From Bacilli bacterium (GTDB taxonomy: Bacteria; Bacillota_I; Bacilli_A; RF39; UBA660): a stretch of DNA of 60,079 bases. Below the pieces are notes generated by a model. The model made no database searches. It saw only the letters and a list, made by a program, of their open reading frames with translations, and had not been told where the DNA came from. Shown here in pieces: positions 9,527 to 17,861 of the stretch. The stretch spans positions 1 to 60,079 of the forward strand of contig JAVVTI010000002.1 in NCBI GenBank assembly GCA_036653735.1, given 5' to 3'. The position numbers and the translations under genes were made by a program. Each line of letters begins with the position of its first letter. Within the stretch, counting starts at the first letter, position 1.

Positions 9527-9602
9527 GGCCTGTTGGTGAAACGGTTAACACATACGCCTTTCACGCGTACATTTATGGGTTCGAACCCCATACAGGTCAC
9601 CA
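9527..9602 (+). tRNA. tRNA-Glu (anticodon UUC), CCA encoded
   Basis: Acceptor ggcctgt/acaggtc (one G-U pair), anticodon loop ctTTCac, T-loop ttcgaac. Confidence 0.9.
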
Positions 9603-9612
9603 ATTAAAATAT

Positions 9613-9638
9613 AAAGCCCTTATATAAAGGGCTTTTAT
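9613..9638 (+). terminator. Intrinsic terminator after the tRNA pair
   Basis: aaagccctt-atat-aagggcttt hairpin followed by a T run. Confidence 0.7.
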
Positions 9639-9656
9639 TATATATATATATATATA
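9639..9656. repeat. (TA)9 dinucleotide microsatellite
   Basis: Nine uninterrupted TA units read directly. Confidence 0.9.
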
Positions 9657-9706
9657 TTAAATTATTTATGATTATAAATCTAAAATAAGAAAGGATGGAT
9701 AAATAA

Positions 9707-9943
9707 TTGTTAAAAAAAATAACGTATAGTGAAACTTACTTTACTAAAAATAGAAATAAGAAAGCAATTATTACAGATATAGATAATGAGGATTTTGAAT
9801 GTATTATAAATGAATTTCTTAGTAAAAAAGATAACGAATATGACTCTATATTATGTATGATAACAAAACCTAAAAAAATTATTAAAAAAGGTGACTTAGT
9901 AGAGTTTAAAATTAATGAAATTACAAAAATAGTGATAAAATAA
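9707..9943 (+). CDS. Hypothetical small protein (78 aa, TTG start)
   Basis: ORF with an AAGGA-like RBS about 11 nt upstream. No recognisable motif. Confidence 0.35.
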   Translation: MLKKITYSETYFTKNRNKKAIITDIDNEDFECIINEFLSKKDNEYDSILCMITKPKKIIKKGDLVEFKINEITKIVIK

Positions 9944-9947
9944 GAAT

Positions 9948-9977
9948 GAGACCGCGCTGGTACTTCAGCACGACCTC
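9948..9977 (+). other. Isolated GC-rich imperfect stem-loop in an otherwise AT-rich 350-nt spacer
   Basis: gagaccgcgctg-gtactt-cagcacgacctc, with 9 of 12 positions pairing. No U-tract follows. Confidence 0.4.
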
Positions 9978-10293
9978 ACTCATATACTTATATACTCTAT
10001 TTTAATTATTATATTAATTTTTTAAAAACACATTTAAATATTTAATGTTTGATTTATAATAATATTTTAAGGATTAAAGTCAAAGAAGAATTAAATAAAA
10101 TGGACTATTGTATATTGTTTGTAAAAGTATAAAGATGTGATAAAGGTTTTATTTACTTATAATTTTAAAGTAAAATAATAAAGTTTATTTTTTTGAACTT
10201 AAGTAATTAATAATATATAAAACATATAGTTATCCTATTAAATAGTGAAATAATATGATAAAATAGTAGTATAATTTATAGGGAGAAAGAATT

Positions 10294-11643
10294 ATGTTTG
10301 AAAATAAGAAGATTTTAATATTAGGTTTTGCTAAAAGTGGTTATGAGGCTGCTAAAGTATTAATAAAAAGAAATAATAATGTATTTATAAATGATAATAA
10401 AGATGAAAATAAAATTAATAAAGAAGAATATGAGGAGCTTTTAGCCTTAGGTGTTAATATAATACTAGGAAGTCATCCTGATGATTTACTTGATAATACA
10501 TTTGATTATTTAATTAAAAATCCAGGAGTACCAATAGATCATAAATATGTAATAAAAGCTCACCTATTAAATATTCCTGTTATAAATGAAATAGAAATAG
10601 CTTATGAATTAATGAAAAATAAAAATATTAAATATATAGCTATTACTGGTACTAATGGGAAAACTACAACAACATCTTTAATATATGAAATACTTAAGAA
10701 GGAGAATTTGCCTGTACATTTAGCGGGTAATATAGGTTTTCCTTTATGTTCTTTTGTTGATAAAGTTAAGAGTGATGATATTATTGTTATAGAAGTTTCA
10801 TGCCAACAACTTGAAAATATGGATAAGTTTAATCCTAATATAGGGGTAATTACTAATATAACAGAAGCACACTTAGAATTTATGAAGACACTAAGTCACT
10901 ATATTTATGTAAAAAGTAAATTATTATTGAATCAAACTACTAAGGATACTGCAATACTTAATAATAATGATAAGACTATAGGTGTTATAAGTAAGAACTT
11001 TAAATCTACTATAAAATATTTTTCATCTAAGAATAATATTAGTAAAGGATGCTATATAAAAGATAATTTTATATACTATAATAATGATATTATAATAAGT
11101 ATATTTGATATTAAATTAAAAGGTATTCATAACTATGAAAATATCATGGCATCAATTCTTGTAGCTAAAGAATTAAATATATCAGATGAAAACATAAATG
11201 ATGTATTAAGAAGCTTTAATGGTGTTGAACATCGTTTGGAATATGTAGCTATTAAAAATGGTATTACTTTCTATAATGATACTGAGGCTACAAATATTAA
11301 ATGTACTGAGACTGCTTTATCTTCTTTTGATAAGTCAATTATATTAATACTTGGTGGTTATGAAAGAAATCAGAATTTTAATGAATTATTACCATATATT
11401 AAAAATGTTAAAGCAATAATTGCTATAGGACAGTGTAAAAATAGAATAGAAATATTTGGAAATAATAATAATATAAATACCTACCCTTATGAGACTTTAA
11501 AAGAAGGCTTTAAAAAAAGTGTGGAAATAGCTGAAATTAATGATATAATACTATTAAGCCCTGCTTCTGCTTCTTGGGATCAATATGAAAAATGTGAAGA
11601 CAGAGGAAATGAATTTAAGAAGTATGTTCAAGAAATAAAGTAA
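10294..11643 (+). CDS. murD: UDP-N-acetylmuramoyl-L-alanine--D-glutamate ligase
   Basis: N-terminal Rossmann motif ILGFAKSGYEAAKVL, Mur ligase P-loop ITGTNGKTTT, 449 aa, GVEHRLE motif. Confidence 0.9.
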   Translation: MFENKKILILGFAKSGYEAAKVLIKRNNNVFINDNKDENKINKEEYEELLALGVNIILGSHPDDLLDNTFDYLIKNPGVPIDHKYVIKAHLLNIPVINEIEIAYELMKNKNIKYIAITGTNGKTTTTSLIYEILKKENLPVHLAGNIGFPLCSFVDKVKSDDIIVIEVSCQQLENMDKFNPNIGVITNITEAHLEFMKTLSHYIYVKSKLLLNQTTKDTAILNNNDKTIGVISKNFKSTIKYFSSKNNISKGCYIKDNFIYYNNDIIISIFDIKLKGIHNYENIMASILVAKELNISDENINDVLRSFNGVEHRLEYVAIKNGITFYNDTEATNIKCTETALSSFDKSIILILGGYERNQNFNELLPYIKNVKAIIAIGQCKNRIEIFGNNNNINTYPYETLKEGFKKSVEIAEINDIILLSPASASWDQYEKCEDRGNEFKKYVQEIK

Positions 11644-11659
11644 ACTTTATTTCTTATAT

Positions 11660-11734
11660 TGCCCCATGGCCAAGTGGTAAGGCAGCGGACTCTGACTCCG
11701 CTATTCATGGGTTCGAATCCTATTGGGGCAACCA
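11660..11734 (+). tRNA. tRNA-Gln (anticodon CUG), CCA encoded
   Basis: Acceptor tgcccca/tggggca, 3-bp D-stem gcc/ggc typical of tRNA-Gln, anticodon loop ctCTGac, T-loop ttcgaat. Confidence 0.9.
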
Positions 11735-11759
11735 AAATAATAAATAAGGAGAAATATAT

Positions 11760-13412
11760 ATGACTAACAAGGACTTAGCATCTTTAATATATCCAGATGT
11801 AACTAAAACAATAGAAGATTATGAAAGAATATATCCTCAAAGACAGTTAAAAGAGGGAGCTATAGTTACTAGGTTTGCTCCATCACCTACTGGTTTTGTG
11901 CATCTAGGTAGTCTTAGAACATCTTTTATAGCTAAGAAAGTTGCAGAAGATACATGTGGTATTTTTTATTTAAGAATAGAAGATACTGATGAAAAGAGAA
12001 GTATTGAAAATAGTGTTCAAGGAATAATTGATGATCTTACAAACTTTAATATTAATATAGATGAAGGTGTTACTAGTCAAATAGAAGAAAAAGGAATATA
12101 TGGTCCTTATACTCAAACTAAAAGACAAGAAATATATGATACTTTTGCTTACTATTTAATAGAAAATGACTTTGCTTATCCTTGTTTTTGTACTGAAGAA
12201 GAACTAGAAAATATTAGAAAAAGGCAAGAAGTAAGAAAAGATAGAATTGGATATTATGGAGATTATGCTAAATATAGAAATATTTCTAATGATGAAAAAG
12301 CTTCTTTAATTAAAAAGAATATACCTTATGTTATAAGATTAAAATCACATGGTGATTTTGAAAAGAAAGTATCTTTTATAGATGCAGTTCGTGGTAAAAT
12401 AGAATTTCCTGAAAATGATATGGATACTATTTTAATAAAAAGTGATAAAATACCTGTATATCATTTTGCACATGTAGTAGATGATCATTTAATGCGTACT
12501 ACACATATTATTAGAGGAGAAGAATGGATAAGTAGTACTCCAGTTCATATTGAACTGTTTAATGCTTTTAACTTCCCTATTCCTATATTTTGCCATCTAG
12601 GTCTAATAATGAAAATAGATGAAAATGGTATAAGAAGAAAACTAAGTAAAAGAAAAGATCCAGAAGCTGCTGTAAGTTTTTATCATAAAGAAGGATATCC
12701 TGTAGAAGCATTAAAATTATATTTAATGACAATATCAAACTCTAACTTTGAAATATGGATGGAGAATAATCCTAATAAAAGTATAAATGATTTTAAATTT
12801 GATTTTAAAAAAATAAGTGAAAGTGGTACTTTATTTGATATTAATAAATTAATTAATATATCAAAAGTATATATATCAAAACTTTCTGCTAATACATTAT
12901 ATGATGATATACTTTTATATAATAAAGAATATGATAAAGACTTCTATGAATTATTAAAAAATAATAAAGAATATACAATTTCACTTCTTAATATAGAACG
13001 TAATATACCTAGACCAAGAAAAGATATTTCTTGTTATAAAGATTTTAAAAAAGAACTAGGTTTTATGTATGATGAATTATTTTTAAGTCATGATTTTATA
13101 TTAAAAGACTTTTATTCTTATGAAATACTTGAAGATTATGTAAAAAACTATTATAATATAGAAGATGACAAGGATTTATGGTTTTCTAAGATAAAAGAAT
13201 TAGGTATAAAATATAATTTTTGTACTGATAATAAAGCTTATAAAGAAGATCCTAGTTTATATAAAGGTAATATATCTTCTTTATGTGAACTTATAAGAGT
13301 TGCTTTTACTTCAAGAACAAATACTCCGGATTTATATGAAATACTTAAGCTACTAAATATAGATACTATAAATAAGAGACTTCAAATGTTTAAAGAATAT
13401 ATGAATAAATAA
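11760..13412 (+). CDS. gltX: Glutamate--tRNA ligase (long, 550-aa form)
   Basis: RFAPSPTGFVHLGSLRT (HIGH region), LRIEDTD, PVYHFAHVVDDHLM..THIIRGEEW and KLSKRK (KMSKS). RIEDTD is the GluRS-type motif, not the GlnRS-type (RFDDTNP). Confidence 0.85.
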   Translation: MTNKDLASLIYPDVTKTIEDYERIYPQRQLKEGAIVTRFAPSPTGFVHLGSLRTSFIAKKVAEDTCGIFYLRIEDTDEKRSIENSVQGIIDDLTNFNINIDEGVTSQIEEKGIYGPYTQTKRQEIYDTFAYYLIENDFAYPCFCTEEELENIRKRQEVRKDRIGYYGDYAKYRNISNDEKASLIKKNIPYVIRLKSHGDFEKKVSFIDAVRGKIEFPENDMDTILIKSDKIPVYHFAHVVDDHLMRTTHIIRGEEWISSTPVHIELFNAFNFPIPIFCHLGLIMKIDENGIRRKLSKRKDPEAAVSFYHKEGYPVEALKLYLMTISNSNFEIWMENNPNKSINDFKFDFKKISESGTLFDINKLINISKVYISKLSANTLYDDILLYNKEYDKDFYELLKNNKEYTISLLNIERNIPRPRKDISCYKDFKKELGFMYDELFLSHDFILKDFYSYEILEDYVKNYYNIEDDKDLWFSKIKELGIKYNFCTDNKAYKEDPSLYKGNISSLCELIRVAFTSRTNTPDLYEILKLLNIDTINKRLQMFKEYMNK

Positions 13413-13428
13413 TTATATTCTTAACCAT

Positions 13429-13504
13429 GGCCCGTTGGTGAAATGGTTAACACACTGCCCTCTCAAGGCAGCATTCATGGGTTCAAGTCCCATACGGGTC
13501 ACCA
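13429..13504 (+). tRNA. tRNA-Glu (anticodon CUC), CCA encoded
   Basis: Acceptor ggcccgt/acgggtc, anticodon stem ctgcc/ggcag, loop ctCTCaa, T-loop ttcaagt. Confidence 0.9.
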
Positions 13505-13514
13505 ATAAATAAAA

Positions 13515-13541
13515 ATATTCCTTTATATAAAGGAATTTTTA
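13515..13541 (+). terminator. Intrinsic terminator closing the murD-tRNA-gltX-tRNA unit
   Basis: attcctt-tatata-aaggaat hairpin followed by ttttt. Confidence 0.7.
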
Positions 13542-13584
13542 TTATATAATTAGTATATTATTTTTAAAAAGAAGGAATCATTAT

Positions 13585-14382
13585 ATGAAAATATTTATTA
13601 CTGCTGATATGGAAGGCTTAAGCACTACTTCATCTTGGAATGATTGTAAGCCAGATAAAGAAGAATATAAAAAACATGTAGAAGAGTTAAACAAAGAAGT
13701 TTTAGCTGCCTGTAATGGTGCAATAAAAGCTGGAGCTAAGGAAATAGTTATAAGAGATGCTCACCATAATGCTGATAATATTGATATAAATATTTTACCT
13801 TCATGTGCATCATTAATAAGAGGATGGTCTGGTAGTCCTTATCTAATGGTAGATGGTATAAATAATACATTTGATGCATCAATATTTATAGGTTATCATA
13901 GTGCAGCATCAAAAAGTGGTAATCCTCTTTCTCATACGGAAACTAGAAAAATACAATATGTAAAAATAAATGATACTATAGCAAGTGAATTTATGATATA
14001 TAGTTATGCTTCATTATATAATCAAGTTCCTCCAGTATTTTTATCAGGGGATAAAATGCTTGTAGATGAAAGTAAATTACTTTATCCTAACTTAATAACA
14101 GTTCCTGTTAAAGAAGGAAGTGGTAATTCAGTAATATGTTATAATCCTAAAAATGTTCTTATTAATATAGAAAAAGAAGTAGAAAGATCATTAAAACAAG
14201 ACTTATCAGAGTACTTAACTTCCCTACCTATTAATTATAAACTAGAAATATGTTATAAAAACCATAGTGATGCTTATAATTACTCTTTCTTTCCTGGTGT
14301 TAAATTAATTAATGATAATACTCTAATGTTTGAAACTAATGATTATTATGAGTTATTAAGAGTCTTTAAATTCATAAGTTAA
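13585..14382 (+). CDS. Peptidase M55 family D-aminopeptidase (DppA-like)
   Basis: MKIFITADMEGLS.., ..IRDAHHNADN.., ..FIGYHSAAS.. align with B. subtilis DppA (MKLYMSVDMEGISG, NDSHSKMNN, FLGYHARAS). Confidence 0.8.
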   Translation: MKIFITADMEGLSTTSSWNDCKPDKEEYKKHVEELNKEVLAACNGAIKAGAKEIVIRDAHHNADNIDINILPSCASLIRGWSGSPYLMVDGINNTFDASIFIGYHSAASKSGNPLSHTETRKIQYVKINDTIASEFMIYSYASLYNQVPPVFLSGDKMLVDESKLLYPNLITVPVKEGSGNSVICYNPKNVLINIEKEVERSLKQDLSEYLTSLPINYKLEICYKNHSDAYNYSFFPGVKLINDNTLMFETNDYYELLRVFKFIS

Positions 14383-14397
14383 AAAGGAAGTGTTTAT

Positions 14398-15423
14398 ATG
14401 ACAAAGATATTTAATTGGAATAATATTATTAATCCTGATGAATTAAATGAAATAGTAGATGCTATTAAAGAAGGTAAACTTATTATATTTCCGACGGAAA
14501 CTGTTTATGGAATAGGTGCAAGTATATACAATGAAAATGCTCTTAAGAATATATTTATTACTAAAAATAGAGCTCAGGATAATCCATTAATAGTTCATGT
14601 TTCATCTATAGAAATGATAAGAACTATAGTAGAAAATATATCACCAGTAGAAGAAAAACTAATAAATACGTTTATGCCTGGGCCTTTTACTTTAATACTA
14701 CCAAAGAAAAGTAATATATCTCCTATTATAACTGCAAATAGTGAGTATGTAGGAGTTAGAATGCCAAATAATATAATAATTAAAACTATTATAGAAAGTA
14801 GTAATACTCCCCTAGCAGCTCCTAGTGCTAATTTATCTACTAAACCAAGTTGTACAACATTAAAAGATATATTAGAGGATTTTAATAATAAAGTAGAATA
14901 TATAATAGATGGTGGAGACTCTCTTATTGGTATAGAATCTACTGTAGTCAAAGTAATAAATGAAATTCCAGTTATTCTAAGACCAGGTAAAATTACTCCA
15001 GAAGATATTATAAAAGTAGTAGGAAAAGTTAATATTAGTAAAAACCTTAATAAATTAGCAACTGGTAATGTAGAATCTCCAGGAATGAAATATAAGCATT
15101 ATGCTCCTAAAAGTAAATGTATACTAATATATTCTAAAAATGAATATAAACTAATAGAAGAAATAAATAATAATATTATAGATAATACATATGTACTAGG
15201 ATTTATAGAACATAAGAATAAAATTAATACTACTAACTTCTATTCTCTAGGAAGTATAAATAACTTAGAAGAAATATCTCATAATATATTTTCATTACTT
15301 AGAGAAATAGATAGATTAAACCCTAATCTAATCATAATAGAAGGCGTTAAAAAGGAAGGTTTAGGTATAGCTATTATGAATAGATTAATTAAGTCATGTA
15401 GTCATAATTACATAGAAAAATAA
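14398..15423 (+). CDS. tsaC: L-threonylcarbamoyladenylate synthase (Sua5/YwlC type, with C-terminal Sua5 domain)
   Basis: FPTETVYGIGA, NPLIVHV, APSANLS and GIESTVV motifs. 341 aa. Confidence 0.85.
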   Translation: MTKIFNWNNIINPDELNEIVDAIKEGKLIIFPTETVYGIGASIYNENALKNIFITKNRAQDNPLIVHVSSIEMIRTIVENISPVEEKLINTFMPGPFTLILPKKSNISPIITANSEYVGVRMPNNIIIKTIIESSNTPLAAPSANLSTKPSCTTLKDILEDFNNKVEYIIDGGDSLIGIESTVVKVINEIPVILRPGKITPEDIIKVVGKVNISKNLNKLATGNVESPGMKYKHYAPKSKCILIYSKNEYKLIEEINNNIIDNTYVLGFIEHKNKINTTNFYSLGSINNLEEISHNIFSLLREIDRLNPNLIIIEGVKKEGLGIAIMNRLIKSCSHNYIEK

Positions 15424-15478
15424 AAGATAAATAATCTTTTATTTTTTAGTGATATACTATTAATAATCTTTCTTTTTC

Positions 15479-15928
15479 TTATACACAGTCTACGTATGTA
15501 TCATTTAAACATCTTAATGCACAAATACAGTTGATATTCATAGTAAATACTGAATCAGTAGCTACATAAGGATATACAGTACCTTCTTCTGCACAAGGTG
15601 CTAATGCTCTAAATGTAGCACAACAATTATTAATTTTTTCTAATCTAAATACACTTGTACAATCTGCTGGTGTAGTACTACAGTTTGCATTTGTTTTAGT
15701 AGTTGGTACTGACCATGGAGTTGAACAACATCCACAATATATCATAATAGGTCTAGTATTACAACATGTACATGTTTCACCACAACCAAGAACTGGTCTA
15801 TCACAGCAATTTAAGCAACATTCATTATTAACATTAGTCTGTATATTGCAAATAGTCTGTAGTATGTCAGCAATACAGCTATCACAATTACAATTACATT
15901 TACAATTAACTTTGCAATCATTACACAT
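15479..15928 (-). CDS. Cysteine-rich spore coat/exosporium protein of the CotY/CotZ (ExsY) family
   Basis: SVFRLEKINNCCATFRAL and NINCICALRCL match B. subtilis CotZ/CotY (SIFFRVEKLCDCCATLSIL, LGCFCAIQCL). The N-terminus is Cys-rich (CNDCKVNCKCNCNCDSC). The ATG at 15928 has an AAGGAG RBS. Confidence 0.75.
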   Translation of the reverse strand: MCNDCKVNCKCNCNCDSCIADILQTICNIQTNVNNECCLNCCDRPVLGCGETCTCCNTRPIMIYCGCCSTPWSVPTTKTNANCSTTPADCTSVFRLEKINNCCATFRALAPCAEEGTVYPYVATDSVFTMNINCICALRCLNDTYVDCV

Positions 15929-15955
15929 ATTAATCACTCCTTTATTATTCACTAA

Positions 15956-15984
15956 TAATTTATGTTATATGATTAATTAAGTGA
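15956..15984 (-). promoter_or_regulatory. Candidate sigma-K-type promoter upstream of the CotY/Z-like gene
   Basis: Minus strand reads cAC, a 16-nt spacer, then CATAAATTA. This fits the AC-16/17-CATAnnnTA consensus and sits about 28 nt upstream of the ATG. Confidence 0.3.
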
Positions 15985-16049
15985 ATGGTTTTACCTATTT
16001 AATGGATTTTTTCATAGATTTATTATATAATATATATAGGTGATAAGAA

Positions 16050-16361
16050 ATGAATTGGCAATATATAATAATAATTATAGTTTTAATAATAGTATCTATA
16101 GTAATTCTTAGGATTAATAAGAAAGACTTTTCTATTGAATTAAACAAATTGATACAATATTTAGGTGGTAAAGACAATATAATAAATGTAGAAGTTAATA
16201 TGTCTAGAGTTAAAGTTACTCTAAAAGATATATCTATTGTTAATAAGGAAGGCATTCAAAAATTAGGTGCTAAAGGTATAGTAGAAATTGATAATCAACT
16301 TAAAATACTATTTGGATCTGACTCTAAAAAACTTAAAAAATACTTAATTGACTTAAAATGA
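16050..16361 (+). CDS. Membrane-anchored PTS EIIB(Glc)-fold protein lacking the phospho-accepting Cys
   Basis: An N-terminal TM helix, then LIQYLGGKDNIINVEVNMSRVKVTLKD. The EIIB consensus is ..LGG..NI..v..C.TRLR..vkD, so Cys is replaced by Met here. Confidence 0.5.
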   Translation: MNWQYIIIIIVLIIVSIVILRINKKDFSIELNKLIQYLGGKDNIINVEVNMSRVKVTLKDISIVNKEGIQKLGAKGIVEIDNQLKILFGSDSKKLKKYLIDLK

Positions 16362-16381
16362 TAAATAATATCATTTTTTTT
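16355..16381 (+). terminator. AT-rich hairpin plus T-run after the EIIB-like gene
   Basis: aaaatgat-aaataat-atcatttt followed by ttttt. The stem is weak (AT-only apart from one G-C pair). Confidence 0.45.
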
Positions 16382-16386
16382 CATAT

Positions 16387-16403
16387 TTCGACAAACTACG
16401 ACA
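16387..16403 (+). promoter_or_regulatory. Candidate tandem Spo0A (0A) boxes upstream of the orphan histidine kinase
   Basis: TTCGACA (16387-16393) is the exact reverse complement of the 0A-box consensus TGTCGAA. A second CGACA core lies exactly 10 bp downstream (ctaCGACA, 16396-16403). Confidence 0.35.
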
Positions 16404-16426
16404 TTTAAATATGTTATATTTATATT

Positions 16427-17650
16427 ATGAAAAATATGAATATAATAGATTTAAATATTTTAAATATAATAATTATTACTTTTCCTATAATACTAAATAC
16501 TATAGTTATAGCATATAAGAAGATTATTAATGATAAAGAAAAAGAATTACTTATGGATATAGCTTTAGCTGCTTCTTTATATTTCTTAATAAGGGTTAAT
16601 ATTATTTCTAATATACAAGGACAAATCATAGTATGTTTAATTCCATTATTACTTTCTTTTTTATATAAAAAGAAAGCAATAATATTTATAATAGTCTTTA
16701 TACTATACGATCTATTAAATAGTATGATAAACCCAATATTATTAATTACTTTATTCTTATCTTATTTTATATTATATTATTATTACTTAAAAACTACTAT
16801 TACTAAAAGAAAATTTTTTATGATTTTTTACTTTATAACTGGTCTTTTTCTTATAATAAATTCATTTATATTTAAGTATGCATTTAATCTTTATAATGTT
16901 ATATTAATACTTATATTATCATACATTATTATTGAAATAGTATACTTCTTAATTAATAAAAGTGAGGAAGTATTATCTACCTATTTAACTTTCAAAGAAT
17001 TAGAAAAAGAAAAAACATTAAGGCTTTCATTATATAAAATGACACATGAAATAAAAAATCCTATATCAGTTATTAAAGGATTTTTAGATATGTTTGATTT
17101 TGATAATAAAAGAAGTATTAGGTACATAGAAATTATGAAAACAGAAGTAAATAGAACACTGGGTATATTAAATGATTTTTCTCAATTAAAAAATATTAAA
17201 ATAGATAAAGAACTAATGGATACTTCATTATTAATGGAAGAACTTAAATTCTTAACTATTCCATTTTTTAAAAAAAATCATATAAAATATCAATATTGTT
17301 ATGAAGAAGAAATTGTATTTGAAGCAGATTATAATAAATTAAAGCAAGTCTTAATAAATACGATTAAGAATTCTTTAGAAGCATTAAGAAATATAAATAA
17401 TGGTAATATTCTTATTAAAAATTATATTTCAAATGATTATGTTATATTTTCTATAATAGATAATGGAATAGGAATGGATAAAGAAACTTTAGATAATATC
17501 TTTACTCCATTCTTTACTACTAAAAGTGATGGAACTGGATTAGGTCTAGTTTTATCTAAAGAAATAATTGAAGCTCATAATGGTAAAATAAATATTAAAA
17601 GTATTATAAATAAAGGAACAACTATTAATATAATTTTACCACTTAATTAA
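16427..17650 (+). CDS. Orphan sensor histidine kinase with a polytopic membrane N-terminal domain
   Basis: H-box MTHEIKNPIS, N-box INTIKNSLEA, G1 DNGIGM, G2 GTGLGL. There are about 6 TM helices, no adjacent response regulator and no obvious SD. Confidence 0.8.
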   Translation: MKNMNIIDLNILNIIIITFPIILNTIVIAYKKIINDKEKELLMDIALAASLYFLIRVNIISNIQGQIIVCLIPLLLSFLYKKKAIIFIIVFILYDLLNSMINPILLITLFLSYFILYYYYLKTTITKRKFFMIFYFITGLFLIINSFIFKYAFNLYNVILILILSYIIIEIVYFLINKSEEVLSTYLTFKELEKEKTLRLSLYKMTHEIKNPISVIKGFLDMFDFDNKRSIRYIEIMKTEVNRTLGILNDFSQLKNIKIDKELMDTSLLMEELKFLTIPFFKKNHIKYQYCYEEEIVFEADYNKLKQVLINTIKNSLEALRNINNGNILIKNYISNDYVIFSIIDNGIGMDKETLDNIFTPFFTTKSDGTGLGLVLSKEIIEAHNGKINIKSIINKGTTINIILPLN

Positions 17651-17838
17651 TAATAATTATTATATCCATAATAGTATCCATTATTTACTGGAGGTACTTG
17701 ATATACTGGATATACAGGTCTTGGTCTGTAAGGATTAAATATAGCTACAGCTGCACCACCAGTTAAAGCACCAAGGAGAAATGGAAATGCAATGAATCTA
17801 TTATCTAAGTTATTATTATACATAAAAACCCCTTTCAT
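17647..17838 (-). CDS. Small hydrophobic protein with a Pro/Tyr-rich tail
   Basis: ..FIAFPFLLGALTGGAAVAIFNPYRPRPVYPVYQVPPVNNGYYYGYNNYY. Its stop overlaps the stop of the convergent kinase gene by 4 nt. Confidence 0.4.
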   Translation of the reverse strand: MKGVFMYNNNLDNRFIAFPFLLGALTGGAAVAIFNPYRPRPVYPVYQVPPVNNGYYYGYNNYY

Positions 17839-17861
17839 AAATATCTTATGAAAAAAATATT

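Noticed and set aside
15995-16629. Minus-strand ORFs at 15995-16255 and 16420-16629 overlapping the EIIB-like and kinase genes.
   Set aside because: They are Ile/Leu/Phe-rich shadows of AT-rich coding sequence. The plus-strand genes carry recognisable domain motifs.
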